From the IMG/VR virus record IMGVR_UViG_3300029474_000225, positions 99,109 through 126,254 of that record: a stretch of 27,146 bases of DNA. One strand, 5' to 3'. The position numbers and the translations under genes are program-made. Origin of the DNA: a virus (Duplodnaviria > Heunggongvirae > Uroviricota > Caudoviricetes). How positions within the stretch are numbered: position 1 is the first letter of the stretch; every line of letters begins with the position of its first letter. The notes below the pieces were generated by a model that saw nothing but the letters and a program-made list of their open reading frames with translations, was not told the origin of the DNA and did not search any database. This document shows positions 1 through 10,300 of the stretch, one piece after another.

Positions 1-2
1 AT

Positions 3-983
3 ACGGCATTTAAGGAAATTAAGACCAAAAGTGGGAAACCTATGAGAATGCTTAATTTTGGTACAAGTTATCTTGGCGGTGAGACATTATATGTCAATCT
101 TCAGGGAATGGAACAGGAATATGTTTATTTCTCTAAGAGGGCTGAAAAGAAGGGTGAAAAGGCTGATACTGTAAAAGTACCTTGGGCTGATAGATTTTCT
201 TATAACCGTGAAGGATATCGCATGATTGGTAAGAATATCGGTGTAAAGAAGAAGGTTGATTCTGAGGGTAAGACAGTTAATGACAAGAAGGTTCTTACAG
301 ATTTTGATGCTTGTAAGGAAGTTAAAGAGAATCTGAAGGATGGTGCAAGCGTATTTATTCGTGGAAATCTTGATTATAGCAGTTTTACAGATGATAAGGG
401 TAATAAGAGAACATCTACAAAGCTTGTTCCAAATCAAATTTCACTTTGCTCAGAGGTAAACTTTGATGATGAGAAGTTTGAGAAGCAGAATGATTTCAAC
501 CAGGTAATTATTTTCATGGGAATCGAGCAGGAAAAGGATGATAACGATAAGCCAACAGGCAGATTTATTGTTCTTGCAAAGATTGTTACATACAGCAATA
601 TTGAGGATGTTCAGTTTATCATCGAGGATAAGGCTCTCGCTAATAAGTTTAAGAAGTCACTTAATCCTTACAATGCAATTAAGGTAAGTGGACATATGGT
701 TTCTTCTACTCAGACAGAGACAGTTGCAACAGATGATGATGACAATTGGGGTGAAGAGGACAGCATGGAGAAAGTATCTGCACCTACAAAGAGAGAGTTT
801 ATTATCACAGGAGCAAAGGGTTCTTCAATTGATAAGGAACTTTATACAGAGGAGAATGTAACAGAGGCTATTGCAAAGATTAAGAATGCAAATAAGGCAG
901 AGGAGAGTTTTGGTTCTGATTCTAATGACGATTGGGGAGATGGAACAGATCTTGATGATGGAGACGATGAAGCGTGGGATTAA
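3..983 (+). CDS. Phage ssDNA-binding-like protein (probable OB folds, acidic tail); 5'-truncated by window edge
   Basis: Frame is open upstream of the ATG at 42 to the window edge (TAFKEIKTKSGKPMRM...). OB-like strands (ASVFIRGNLDYSSF, AIKVSGHMV) and a very acidic C-terminus (DDWGDGTDLDDGDDEAWD). First gene of the replication cluster. Confidence 0.65.
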   Translation, partial: TAFKEIKTKSGKPMRMLNFGTSYLGGETLYVNLQGMEQEYVYFSKRAEKKGEKADTVKVPWADRFSYNREGYRMIGKNIGVKKKVDSEGKTVNDKKVLTDFDACKEVKENLKDGASVFIRGNLDYSSFTDDKGNKRTSTKLVPNQISLCSEVNFDDEKFEKQNDFNQVIIFMGIEQEKDDNDKPTGRFIVLAKIVTYSNIEDVQFIIEDKALANKFKKSLNPYNAIKVSGHMVSSTQTETVATDDDDNWGEEDSMEKVSAPTKREFIITGAKGSSIDKELYTEENVTEAIAKIKNANKAEESFGSDSNDDWGDGTDLDDGDDEAWD

Positions 984-1007
984 TTCTCACAACAGAGAAT
1001 AACTAAG

Positions 1008-1031
1008 TGGAACGTCAGAAATGGCGTTCCA
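1008..1031 (+). promoter_or_regulatory. Intergenic RNA hairpin with GAAA tetraloop
   Basis: TGGAACGTCA-GAAA-TGGCGTTCCA: 10-bp stem with one G-U pair. No U-tract follows, so it is not a classical intrinsic terminator. Confidence 0.6.
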
Positions 1032-1068
1032 ATAAATCAATATTATAGAATTACGGAGGAATTATTTA

Positions 1069-2223
1069 ATGGCAAAAGCAAGAAAAGCGTCAGTAACAGA
1101 AAGTAAATTAGGAATGATTTTATATGGTAAACCATTTACAGGTAAATCAACTATGGCAATGCAACTTGCGTATTTTAAGCGTCCTGATGGAAAGCCTTTC
1201 AGAGTTTTATATCTTGATCCTGAGTCTGGTTCAATTGATGATTACCTTGGCGATTTAGAAGCAAATGGTGTAAATCTTGAAAATATTTATATTGTTTATA
1301 CACAGTCTCTTGGAGAAGTAAGACAGTATATTGCAAAGGTAAAGAATAATGAAGATTTTTATGAGTTAGACGATGATGGCAATGAAACAGATGATGTTGT
1401 TGTAGATGCGGATGGAGAACCATTTAGAGCAGATGCAATCGTTGTTGATGGCACTACAATTCTTAATTTAACAACAAAACAGGGATTAGTAGAGTTCTCT
1501 AAAAAGAGAAATAAGGTTAAAGCTGACAAAGATGGACTTGTAGGAGATGCTAGGCTCGTAAAAATTGAAGGTGCTGGAATGGAATTAAAGGATTACCAGA
1601 CTGTTAATTTTAAAGGTCAGGATTTAATTCTTGATTTAATGTCATCTGGTGTTCATTATATTGTAACTGCAAGAGAAACAGATGAGAAGGAAACAATTAA
1701 GTTACCTGATGGAACAACTCAGAGTGTGGTTACTGGAAGAAAGATTCCAGATGGATTTAAAGGAATGGATCACAATGTTAAGACTGAGATTCGTATGTTT
1801 AGAAATGAAGACGGAACAGTTTGTGCATGGATTGAAAAGGATAGAACCCATGTACATGATGATTATGTAACTATTGAAGATCCAACATTGGTTGACTGGC
1901 AGGCAGTTATTGATAAAACAGCAGGAAAATCAAAATTCGTTCTCAAGAATGATTTAACAAAAGCTGTTGATATTGAGCAGGATATTTATAGAAAGGAAAT
2001 TCTTGGTCAGGTTGGCGAACCAACTGAAGAGGATACTACATCTAATGATGGGCATGCAGATATTGAAGTGATTAAGAAAGAAATCATTGCTAAAAGAAAT
2101 GCACTTCCACCAATTGAGAAGAAAGCCATGAAGGAAAAACTTGAAGCAGCAGGACTTCCTACAGCATACAAGAATGTGACTGATGTTGAGATTCTTAATA
2201 AAGTATTAGCAATGTTTGATTAA
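1069..2223 (+). CDS. P-loop ATPase, AAA_24/Sak4-like phage recombination or replication protein
   Basis: Walker A GKPFTGKS, LDPESG, Walker B IVVDG; RBS GGAGG upstream; adjacent to the SSB-like gene. Confidence 0.75.
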   Translation: MAKARKASVTESKLGMILYGKPFTGKSTMAMQLAYFKRPDGKPFRVLYLDPESGSIDDYLGDLEANGVNLENIYIVYTQSLGEVRQYIAKVKNNEDFYELDDDGNETDDVVVDADGEPFRADAIVVDGTTILNLTTKQGLVEFSKKRNKVKADKDGLVGDARLVKIEGAGMELKDYQTVNFKGQDLILDLMSSGVHYIVTARETDEKETIKLPDGTTQSVVTGRKIPDGFKGMDHNVKTEIRMFRNEDGTVCAWIEKDRTHVHDDYVTIEDPTLVDWQAVIDKTAGKSKFVLKNDLTKAVDIEQDIYRKEILGQVGEPTEEDTTSNDGHADIEVIKKEIIAKRNALPPIEKKAMKEKLEAAGLPTAYKNVTDVEILNKVLAMFD

Positions 2224-2248
2224 ATTTGGCTTATGTAAAGGTAGGATT

Positions 2249-2941
2249 ATGGCAAGATACACAGGCAATAACAAAAATGGTGTTAAAAGAAAATGTGGTT
2301 GTTGCGGAGAAAACCTTTATATAAACAAGAATAATATTGACGATGCAATCTACTATGATAAAAAAACATATCATAGTAGTTGCTTTATCAATATATGTCA
2401 GAAGCGTATTGCTAATAAAAGGGCAGACGTATCAGCAAAATGGACTTGGATATATGACCACATTGATTCTATAAAAAAAGATACATATTCGCATCTCGCA
2501 GTAGCAATAGAGCAAGACGAGATATTTGAATTTATTAAAGAAGCATATGATTTGACAATTATTCCTACTACCGTATGGCAGAAGTTGGGTAACATTTATA
2601 ATGGAACTTTTAAAGGAATGTCGGTAGGTATTCCACCTTCAGACTTACTTGATATGTGGCAAAGAAAAATAGATATGCTTAATGGTATTGCGAAAAAGAA
2701 TGAAGTAAAAGGTATTCATATGCAGCCAGAACAACGACTTTCGTATGATTTATCCATTTTGGTTAATAAATATGACAGTTATTTAAGGTGGAAAGAAAAA
2801 CAGAAAATACTTGAAGCTGAGAAAGAAACAGAAAAATCACAGAATATTGTCAGTCAATCAATTGGTTATACTAATGTGTCCAAAGATAGTAAGGCTGATA
2901 CAGATGATATTTCAGGCTTGGTGGATGATATTTTTGGATAG
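2249..2941 (+). CDS. Replication-cluster protein with N-terminal Zn-finger-like motif (possible helicase loader or initiator)
   Basis: CGCC...HSSC motif; probable ATG at 2249 after AAGGTAGGA; directly upstream of the helicase. Function is inferred from position only. Confidence 0.5.
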   Translation: MARYTGNNKNGVKRKCGCCGENLYINKNNIDDAIYYDKKTYHSSCFINICQKRIANKRADVSAKWTWIYDHIDSIKKDTYSHLAVAIEQDEIFEFIKEAYDLTIIPTTVWQKLGNIYNGTFKGMSVGIPPSDLLDMWQRKIDMLNGIAKKNEVKGIHMQPEQRLSYDLSILVNKYDSYLRWKEKQKILEAEKETEKSQNIVSQSIGYTNVSKDSKADTDDISGLVDDIFG

Positions 2942-2950
2942 GAGATAATA

Positions 2951-4504
2951 TTGGATAATGAACATGAATTAAAAGACTGTAATGTGCAAGCAGAAATCTT
3001 ATTTGTTGGTTCTATAGCAAAGGATTTAGACTTGATTGTAAATTACAGCACATTTATGAGAAGCAAGTATGATTTCTCTGATCCTGCGACAAAATTCTTT
3101 TATGATAATCTTGAAACTTATTTTCTTACATTTTCACAAACATTAGATGAAGCAAAAATGAATGTGTTTATGAGTCAGAATGAAGAACGATTTAAATTAT
3201 ATAAGCAGTATAAAGGTTGGAAAACGCTTCAAAGGTTTATGACATTGGCAGATGAAAATGATGTGAAAAATTATTTTGATACTGTTAAGAAATATTCATT
3301 AGTAAGAGAATATGGAAGAAATGGATTTCCAGTTGAGAAGATATTATCTCATAGAAACTTTGATAAAATGTCACCAAATGACATTTACAGAATTATTCGT
3401 ACAAAAGCAGATAAAATAAATACAGTAATTAATGCTGGTGAAGAAGCTGTTGAGCTTACTGATAAAAACTCATCTCAAATCGACAAATATCTTGAAAAGC
3501 CAAATTTCGGCTTACCTTTCCCTTGGTATATGTATAACGAATTTTTTCTTGGTCTTAGAGAAACAAAGGTTCTCTTTGAAGGATTCCTTTCTAATGAGGG
3601 TAAAACAAGAAAACTTGTACTTTTAGCAGCTTATGTAGCACTTGTGCAGAACGAGAACTTTTTTCTTATGAGTAATGAGATGGACGAAGAAGATCTTCGT
3701 AGTTGTCTTATTACGACTGTTATTAATAACAAAGAATTTCAAGAGTTGCATGGTGTACATATTACAAAGCCTGAGAAAGAGATTGTATTAGGTGTTTATC
3801 ATGATAAAAATGGTGACATTATCAGAAGAAAAATTGATGATAATGGTGTTTATCTTGAAAGTAATGAAGATTACATAAAGAGAATAAAAGATACGTCAGA
3901 GGAATATTGGAATGTAAAAAAAGTTACAGATTGGATTGATAGTAGTGATCGTAAGGGCAAAGTTATGTTTAAAGATGTTGGAGATGATTATAGCCCTGAG
4001 AGAATTGAATTTGAATTGCGTAAAGCAAAGATGGTTCAGAACATTAAATATTATGGTTATGACACGTTAAAAGGTTATAACACTGATGATTGGTCACAAA
4101 TTAAACAATTTGCAACTAAATTGAAAGAATTAACAAAAGAACTTCGTATGAGTGGATATGCAGTATTCCAGTTAAGTGATGATACGGTGTTTACTGATAT
4201 TTTTAGTTTGAGTAGTAATAACATTGCCAATGCAAAGCAGATAAAGCATGTAGCTGATATTCTGAATATTGGTAAAAAGTTAAATAAGGAAGAATACCAT
4301 AAATATCAAGTTGTTTTAGAATGTGATTCTTGGGGTGAGCCAGTGACGGAAGATTTGGATTTAAGTAAACAATATTTTTGTATCAAACCAGATAAAAACA
4401 GAGCAGGTAGTAAGGACAAGATTATGTTATTTGAGATTGATTTGAACTTAAATATTTGGAGAAATATAGGTTATATCATTAAAAAATCAAAAAATAGTGA
4501 CTAA
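2951..4504 (+). CDS. DnaB-like (SF4) replicative helicase
   Basis: TTG start after AGGAGA; Walker A SNEGKT, SNEMD catalytic Glu, Walker B-like YYGYDTL, FQL and KNRAG motifs; next to the primase. Confidence 0.8.
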   Translation: MDNEHELKDCNVQAEILFVGSIAKDLDLIVNYSTFMRSKYDFSDPATKFFYDNLETYFLTFSQTLDEAKMNVFMSQNEERFKLYKQYKGWKTLQRFMTLADENDVKNYFDTVKKYSLVREYGRNGFPVEKILSHRNFDKMSPNDIYRIIRTKADKINTVINAGEEAVELTDKNSSQIDKYLEKPNFGLPFPWYMYNEFFLGLRETKVLFEGFLSNEGKTRKLVLLAAYVALVQNENFFLMSNEMDEEDLRSCLITTVINNKEFQELHGVHITKPEKEIVLGVYHDKNGDIIRRKIDDNGVYLESNEDYIKRIKDTSEEYWNVKKVTDWIDSSDRKGKVMFKDVGDDYSPERIEFELRKAKMVQNIKYYGYDTLKGYNTDDWSQIKQFATKLKELTKELRMSGYAVFQLSDDTVFTDIFSLSSNNIANAKQIKHVADILNIGKKLNKEEYHKYQVVLECDSWGEPVTEDLDLSKQYFCIKPDKNRAGSKDKIMLFEIDLNLNIWRNIGYIIKKSKNSD

Positions 4505-4519
4505 TTGGAGGGTGGCAGC

Positions 4520-5545
4520 TTGGATGTAAAAGAGTTGAAGAATTATATATATGAAAATAATTATTGTGAACAGATATTAGAATCCGTTGGTTGCCACCAT
4601 ATCAAATATCATTCAGTTGGAGCATATTGGACTGCTGGTAATCCTGATGGAGATAATAAAGGAGCAATTATTTTATACAATAATGAGTCCCTTATCTGCT
4701 TGAATAAAACTCGACAAATGATAAAGTGGAACAGACAAACAGATATTATTGATCTTGTGTGTTATGTCAAAGACCTTACATTTCCAGAAGGATTAAAGGA
4801 AATATGCTCAGAAATAGGAATGTCTTATTATCACGATTTTGAAGAGGATATTCCAGATAGTTTTAAAATACTGAAAATGTTAGAAGATATGGATTCTAAT
4901 ATATCAGAAGAGAAAGAAAAACCATTACAACCTATTTCGGAGAAAATACTTTCGTATTATAAACCTTATGTAAATGATTTATTCTACGAAGACCATATAG
5001 ATTATGAAACACAAAGAGAGTTTGAGATAGGTTTTGATGAAGAAACAAACCGATACACAATTCCTATTCGTTCTGAATTAGGAGATTTAGTCGGTGTAAA
5101 AGCAAGATATTTTGATAGAAAAGTACCTGATGGAATGAATAAATATATTTATTTAGAGCCATGTGCAAAATCAAAAATTATATATGGATTGTATAAAACT
5201 CTTCCTTATATAAAAAGAACAGGAAGGATTTATGTTGGTGAATCTGAAAAATTTGTTGAACAAGCATGGAGTTATGGTTATCAAAACACTGGTGGTACAG
5301 GTGGGAAGGAACTTTCACAATATCAAATTGATATGTTGGTTCGACTTGGTGTTGATATAGTTTTATGTTTAGACAAAGATGTAAAAAAAGAAGAATTGGA
5401 GGAACTAGCAGAAAGATTTCCTGACGGTGTTCCACTTTATTATATGTTTGACGAAGATAATATTCTTAGTGAGAAAGAATCCCCAACAGATGATCCTATT
5501 AAATGGAAGCACTTGGTAGAGAATAATATATATAGATTAAGATAG
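4520..5545 (+). CDS. DnaG-like Toprim DNA primase
   Basis: RYTIPIR...VGVKAR, KYIY, IYGL, YVGESE and LDKD (DxD) Toprim motifs; likely TTG start at 4520, 7 nt after GGAGGG. Confidence 0.8.
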   Translation: MDVKELKNYIYENNYCEQILESVGCHHIKYHSVGAYWTAGNPDGDNKGAIILYNNESLICLNKTRQMIKWNRQTDIIDLVCYVKDLTFPEGLKEICSEIGMSYYHDFEEDIPDSFKILKMLEDMDSNISEEKEKPLQPISEKILSYYKPYVNDLFYEDHIDYETQREFEIGFDEETNRYTIPIRSELGDLVGVKARYFDRKVPDGMNKYIYLEPCAKSKIIYGLYKTLPYIKRTGRIYVGESEKFVEQAWSYGYQNTGGTGGKELSQYQIDMLVRLGVDIVLCLDKDVKKEELEELAERFPDGVPLYYMFDEDNILSEKESPTDDPIKWKHLVENNIYRLR

Positions 5546-5557
5546 GAAGGTGTGTAT

Positions 5558-7327
5558 TTGAAGTACAAATTATATGAAAATAGCGACAATAACACTTCTA
5601 ATGTATTAGAGGAAGTTTTAAGAAATAGAGGAGTTGACGATTATGAAAAATATCTCAACTTAGATGAAAGCGTTTTAATTCCATATGAGAATTTGGACAA
5701 TATAAATAAAGCAGTAGAGTTATTTATGAAACACTTTAATAACAAGGATAAAATTGAAATACTTGTTGATGAAGATCCAGACGGATTTTGTTCAGCAGCT
5801 ATGATGTATTCTTATATTAAGAAAATGAATGCTGATTATCCAGTTAATTACATATTACATGCAAGAGCAAAGGCACATGGACTAGATGATGATATTGTGA
5901 TATCTAATGATACAAGATTATTGATTATCCCTGATGCTGGTACAAATGACACAGAACAGTGCAGAGAGCTTTCAGAAAATGGTATTGATATACTTATTCT
6001 TGATCACCATGAGTCAGAAGAAAAAAATCCATATGCATTGATTGTAAATAATCAAATGAGTAACAATTATTCTAATAAGGATTTTTGCGGAGCAGGTGTT
6101 GTATATAAGTTTTTACAAGCATTAGATGCTGAGACCTGGAATGAGTTTGCAGATGACTATTTAGATTTGTGTGCATTAGCAAATATTAGCGATGTTATGG
6201 ATATGCGTTCATTTGAGACAAGATATATTACAAATCTTGGATTACTCAATATTACAAATAAATGTTTTCAGGCACTTATTAAAGCACAAGATTACAGTAT
6301 AAATGGTAAGGTTAATATTCACAATATCCAATGGTATATAACACCTATTTTGAACGGAATGATCCGTATCGGTTCAAGTGATGAAAAGGAATTATTATTT
6401 AGAGCTTTTATTGAAAAAGATGAGTTCTTTGAATATAAAAAAAGAGCCACAAAGAATAAACCAGCAGAAACAATTCAAGAAAGCATTTATGATAGAACTG
6501 CTAGACTTTGTAAAAATGCAAAATCACGACAAGATAAAATGAAAGAAAAAGGCGTAAAAGCCATTTCAGAAGTTGTAGATAATCTTCCAATTGATGATAA
6601 AGTTATTATGGTTGATGTATCTGACTTACTTGATAGTGGATTAACTGGTGTTGTAGCAATTAAAATTGCAGAGCAATATAATAAACCTTGCATTCTGCTA
6701 AAGAAACATTTTGATAAAAAGACAAAAACAACTGTATTTGGTGGTAGTGCAAGAAATATTGATAATAGTCCAATTGATAGTTTTAAAGATATTGTTAATT
6801 CAACAGGATTCATTAATGGTAAAGGTCATGCAAATGCTTTTGGTATTGTAGATTTACCAGTTGATGATAAAGAAAAAGCAATTAATATGATGAACAGTAT
6901 TCTTAAAAATACTGAATATGATTCTACATATCGTGTAGATTTTATCTTAGACATTAATCATGTCACAATCCCTTTAATTATTAAGTTATCACAGTTTGAA
7001 GATATTATTTGTCAAGGAATTGATGAACCTATGCTTGCAATAGAGAATATATCATTGACAAGAGATTGTTTTGAAGTATTTGGCAAGAATGAGGATACTA
7101 TTAGTTTTATGGTGAATGATATTAAATACATTCAGTTCAAATGTAAAGAAGGTAATCAGCTATATGATTTTCTTCAAAACGCATGGGATGATAACGATAG
7201 TATTACATTTAATATTGTCGGAAAACCTTCAATAAACGAATATAACGGTATTAGAACACCACAGATTATTATCGAAGATGTAGCTGTTATTAGTACAAAT
7301 AGTAACGATGAAGACGATGATTGGTAG
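5558..7327 (+). CDS. recJ: RecJ-like DHH-family ssDNA exonuclease
   Basis: DEDPDG, PDAG, LDHH, ISDVM, GSAR and GHANAFG DHH/DHHA1 motifs. Start is TTG 5558 or GTG 5552. Confidence 0.88.
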   Translation: MKYKLYENSDNNTSNVLEEVLRNRGVDDYEKYLNLDESVLIPYENLDNINKAVELFMKHFNNKDKIEILVDEDPDGFCSAAMMYSYIKKMNADYPVNYILHARAKAHGLDDDIVISNDTRLLIIPDAGTNDTEQCRELSENGIDILILDHHESEEKNPYALIVNNQMSNNYSNKDFCGAGVVYKFLQALDAETWNEFADDYLDLCALANISDVMDMRSFETRYITNLGLLNITNKCFQALIKAQDYSINGKVNIHNIQWYITPILNGMIRIGSSDEKELLFRAFIEKDEFFEYKKRATKNKPAETIQESIYDRTARLCKNAKSRQDKMKEKGVKAISEVVDNLPIDDKVIMVDVSDLLDSGLTGVVAIKIAEQYNKPCILLKKHFDKKTKTTVFGGSARNIDNSPIDSFKDIVNSTGFINGKGHANAFGIVDLPVDDKEKAINMMNSILKNTEYDSTYRVDFILDINHVTIPLIIKLSQFEDIICQGIDEPMLAIENISLTRDCFEVFGKNEDTISFMVNDIKYIQFKCKEGNQLYDFLQNAWDDNDSITFNIVGKPSINEYNGIRTPQIIIEDVAVISTNSNDEDDDW

Positions 7328-7337
7328 GAGGTGAGTT

Positions 7338-10300
7338 ATGTATAGTTCATTACATAACCATACATATTATTCATTACTTGATGGATATGGTAGTCCAAAA
7401 GAAATGTTGGACAGAGCAAAAGAAATAGGGTTAAAAGCATTTGCTATAACAGAACACGGAAATGTATATAGCCACATTTATTTTGACTTAATCAAGAAGG
7501 ATTATCCAGAAATTAAAATGATATATGGATGTGAGTTATATGAGTGTGAAGATATAGAAATTAAGGATAAAGACAACAAATATTTCCATTTGATTTGCTT
7601 GATTAGGAATGAACAGGGCAGAAAAGATTTAAACAAAGTTATTACAAAGAGTAATTTTGAAGGGTTTTATTTTAAGCCAAGGTGTACAATCGAAGATATT
7701 AAGCCTTATGCTGACAATTTTGTTATATCATCTGCTTGTTTAGCAAGCAAATTAGCAAGAGAATCAGATTTTGAGAAATGTGTAAAATACATCAATGAAT
7801 ATAAAGAAGCCTTTCCATATTTCTTTCTTGAAATGCAGTCTCATTCACACCAAGATCAATGTTTATATAATCAGAAAATCTTAGAGCTTTCAAAAAGAAC
7901 AAATACCCCATTTATCATTACAACAGATAGTCATACACCTAAAAAAGAAGATTTGTATTATCAGGACAAACTTATTCAGATTGGTAGAAAAAGTAGTAAC
8001 AACGACAAAAATGCTATCGAAAATAGCGAGGTATATGAAGGTTGCTATATGCAATCTGAAGATGAAATCCATGAAATTATGGATAGTCAGATTGGATATG
8101 AAAATGTATGTCTTGGATTGGAGAATACTAATAAGGTAGCAGATTTAATTGAAAATGTAGATATGCCATTTCAGAAACCACAGTTACCTACATTCCCATT
8201 ACCTGATGGATATAGAGATAACAATGAATTCTTATGGCATTTAGTTAGACAAGGTTGGAAAGATAGAGGATATGACAATCTTAGCGAAGATGAACAGCAA
8301 GTAAGAAGAACTAGGTTAAACTATGAGATGGGTATTATTCATTCGATGGGGTTCGATGGTTATTTCTTGTTTGTATGGGACTTTATTAAGGCTGCTGAGA
8401 AACTTGGAATTGAAGTTGGTAAGGGAAGAGGAAGTGCAGCAGGTTCTTTAGTTTGCTATTGTTGTCATATCACGGATATTGATCCGATTAAATATGGACT
8501 CATTTTTGAGAGATTCTTAAATCCTGAACGAGTAGGACTACCAGATATTGATACAGATGTTGGTAACAGAGATGCAATTATTGATTACCTTGTAGACAAA
8601 TATGGAGAAGAAAGAGTATGTCAGATTATTAACTACTCGTATATTACTCCAACAGTTGCAATTACTGACGTTGGTAAGATACTTGGATTTCCATATAATC
8701 AGATGCAAAAACTTTCACAGAAATTTACATTCGATAAATGGAATGACTGTATGAAAGCAAATCCAAATTTACTCGCAGACAATCCACAATATGCTGATTT
8801 GTTTGATATTGCAAAGCATTTAAGTGGTCGTGTTAAAACTGTTTCTATTCATGCTGGTGGTGTTGGAATCGTTGATACAACAATCAATGATTATATGCCA
8901 ATGAAGATAGGGACAAAGGGCGAACATGTAATTCAAGTTGATAAACATTATGTAGAAGACATTGGAATTGTGAAGTTTGACCTTCTTGGAGTAGCAACAC
9001 TTAATCTTGTGAAGGAAATTAAGGATGATTTACATTTAGATCCTTGGGATTATGATATTAATAATCCAGAATTTGAGAATGACAGACCTACATATGAATT
9101 ATTAGCGAGTGGTAAGACTAATGGTGTATTCCAGGTTGAATCAGCAGGAATGAAAGATTTGCTTATTCGATTAAAACCAAAGCTTGAGCAACTAGACTTT
9201 GAGGTTATATCTGTCATCTTGGCATTATATAGACCTGATAGTATGGGAGCACTTGACGAGTATGTTGAAATGGCAACAGGTGGAAGTAGACCACCATCAA
9301 TTCATCCAGATATGGATGAAATTTTAAAAGACACAAATTACTGTATGATTTATCAGGAACAGCTTCTTGATATTGTTAAGAAGTTTGGTGGGAGAACATA
9401 CGGTGGTGCTGACTTATTCCGTAAGGCGATTGGAAAAAAGATAGTTGAATTAGTACAGAAAGAGTCAGAAATTCTTCGTGGTGAAATTGTAGCAAACGGA
9501 TATTCTAAAGAAATTGCTGATAAAATTGCGAATGAATTGTCACAAAAAGGCGGTTATCTATTTAACAAATCGCATTCTTATAGTTACGCAGTTCTTTGTT
9601 TCGAGACAGCTTGGTTCAAAGCACATTATCCAACATATTTTTTCAAAGCTTTATTTAATCAGAATAAGGATAAAGCAGGAGCAATTAACAAATACATTCT
9701 TGACGCAAGATATTTTGATGTAAATGTTATGCCACCTAATATCAATCATTCGGGAATGAATTTCACAGTCGATAAGGATAAGGTTCTTTTTGGATTGTCT
9801 GCTATTGGTGGAATTGGAGAATCACTTTCTAAGCAAATTATCGAAGAAAGAGAGAATAATGGTATATACAAATCGTTTAATGATTTGATTCAGAGACTTT
9901 CTTTAGGTAAGGCATCTGTTATTGCACTGATAAAATCTGGTGCAATTCCTTGTAAAAATAAGCGTGAAAAACTTATATCATATCTTAAATCAGAGTATCA
10001 ACCATTAAAATTCTCAGAAGTTCAATCATTGCCTACCTATAAGAAACTCGAAGAAGATTGGAACATTAACTTAAAGAAGTACGTGATTCCTTCATCTGGA
10101 AAACGAATTGTATATGACAAGGAAGCACTACTTACTGAATATAACAGATTGAAAAAGATACAGTTTGAAGAAAATCAGAAGGTAAGATTCCAAAAGTACA
10201 TAGATGATAATAAAAAATATCTTGAAGATGAACAGTTTTGGGAATTCCAAACATTACAGGTATTTATCAATGATAATCCATTTGATGCAGCTTATACATT

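Noticed and set aside
1008..1031. Rho-independent terminator
   Set aside because: No U-tract on either strand; kept only as a hairpin.
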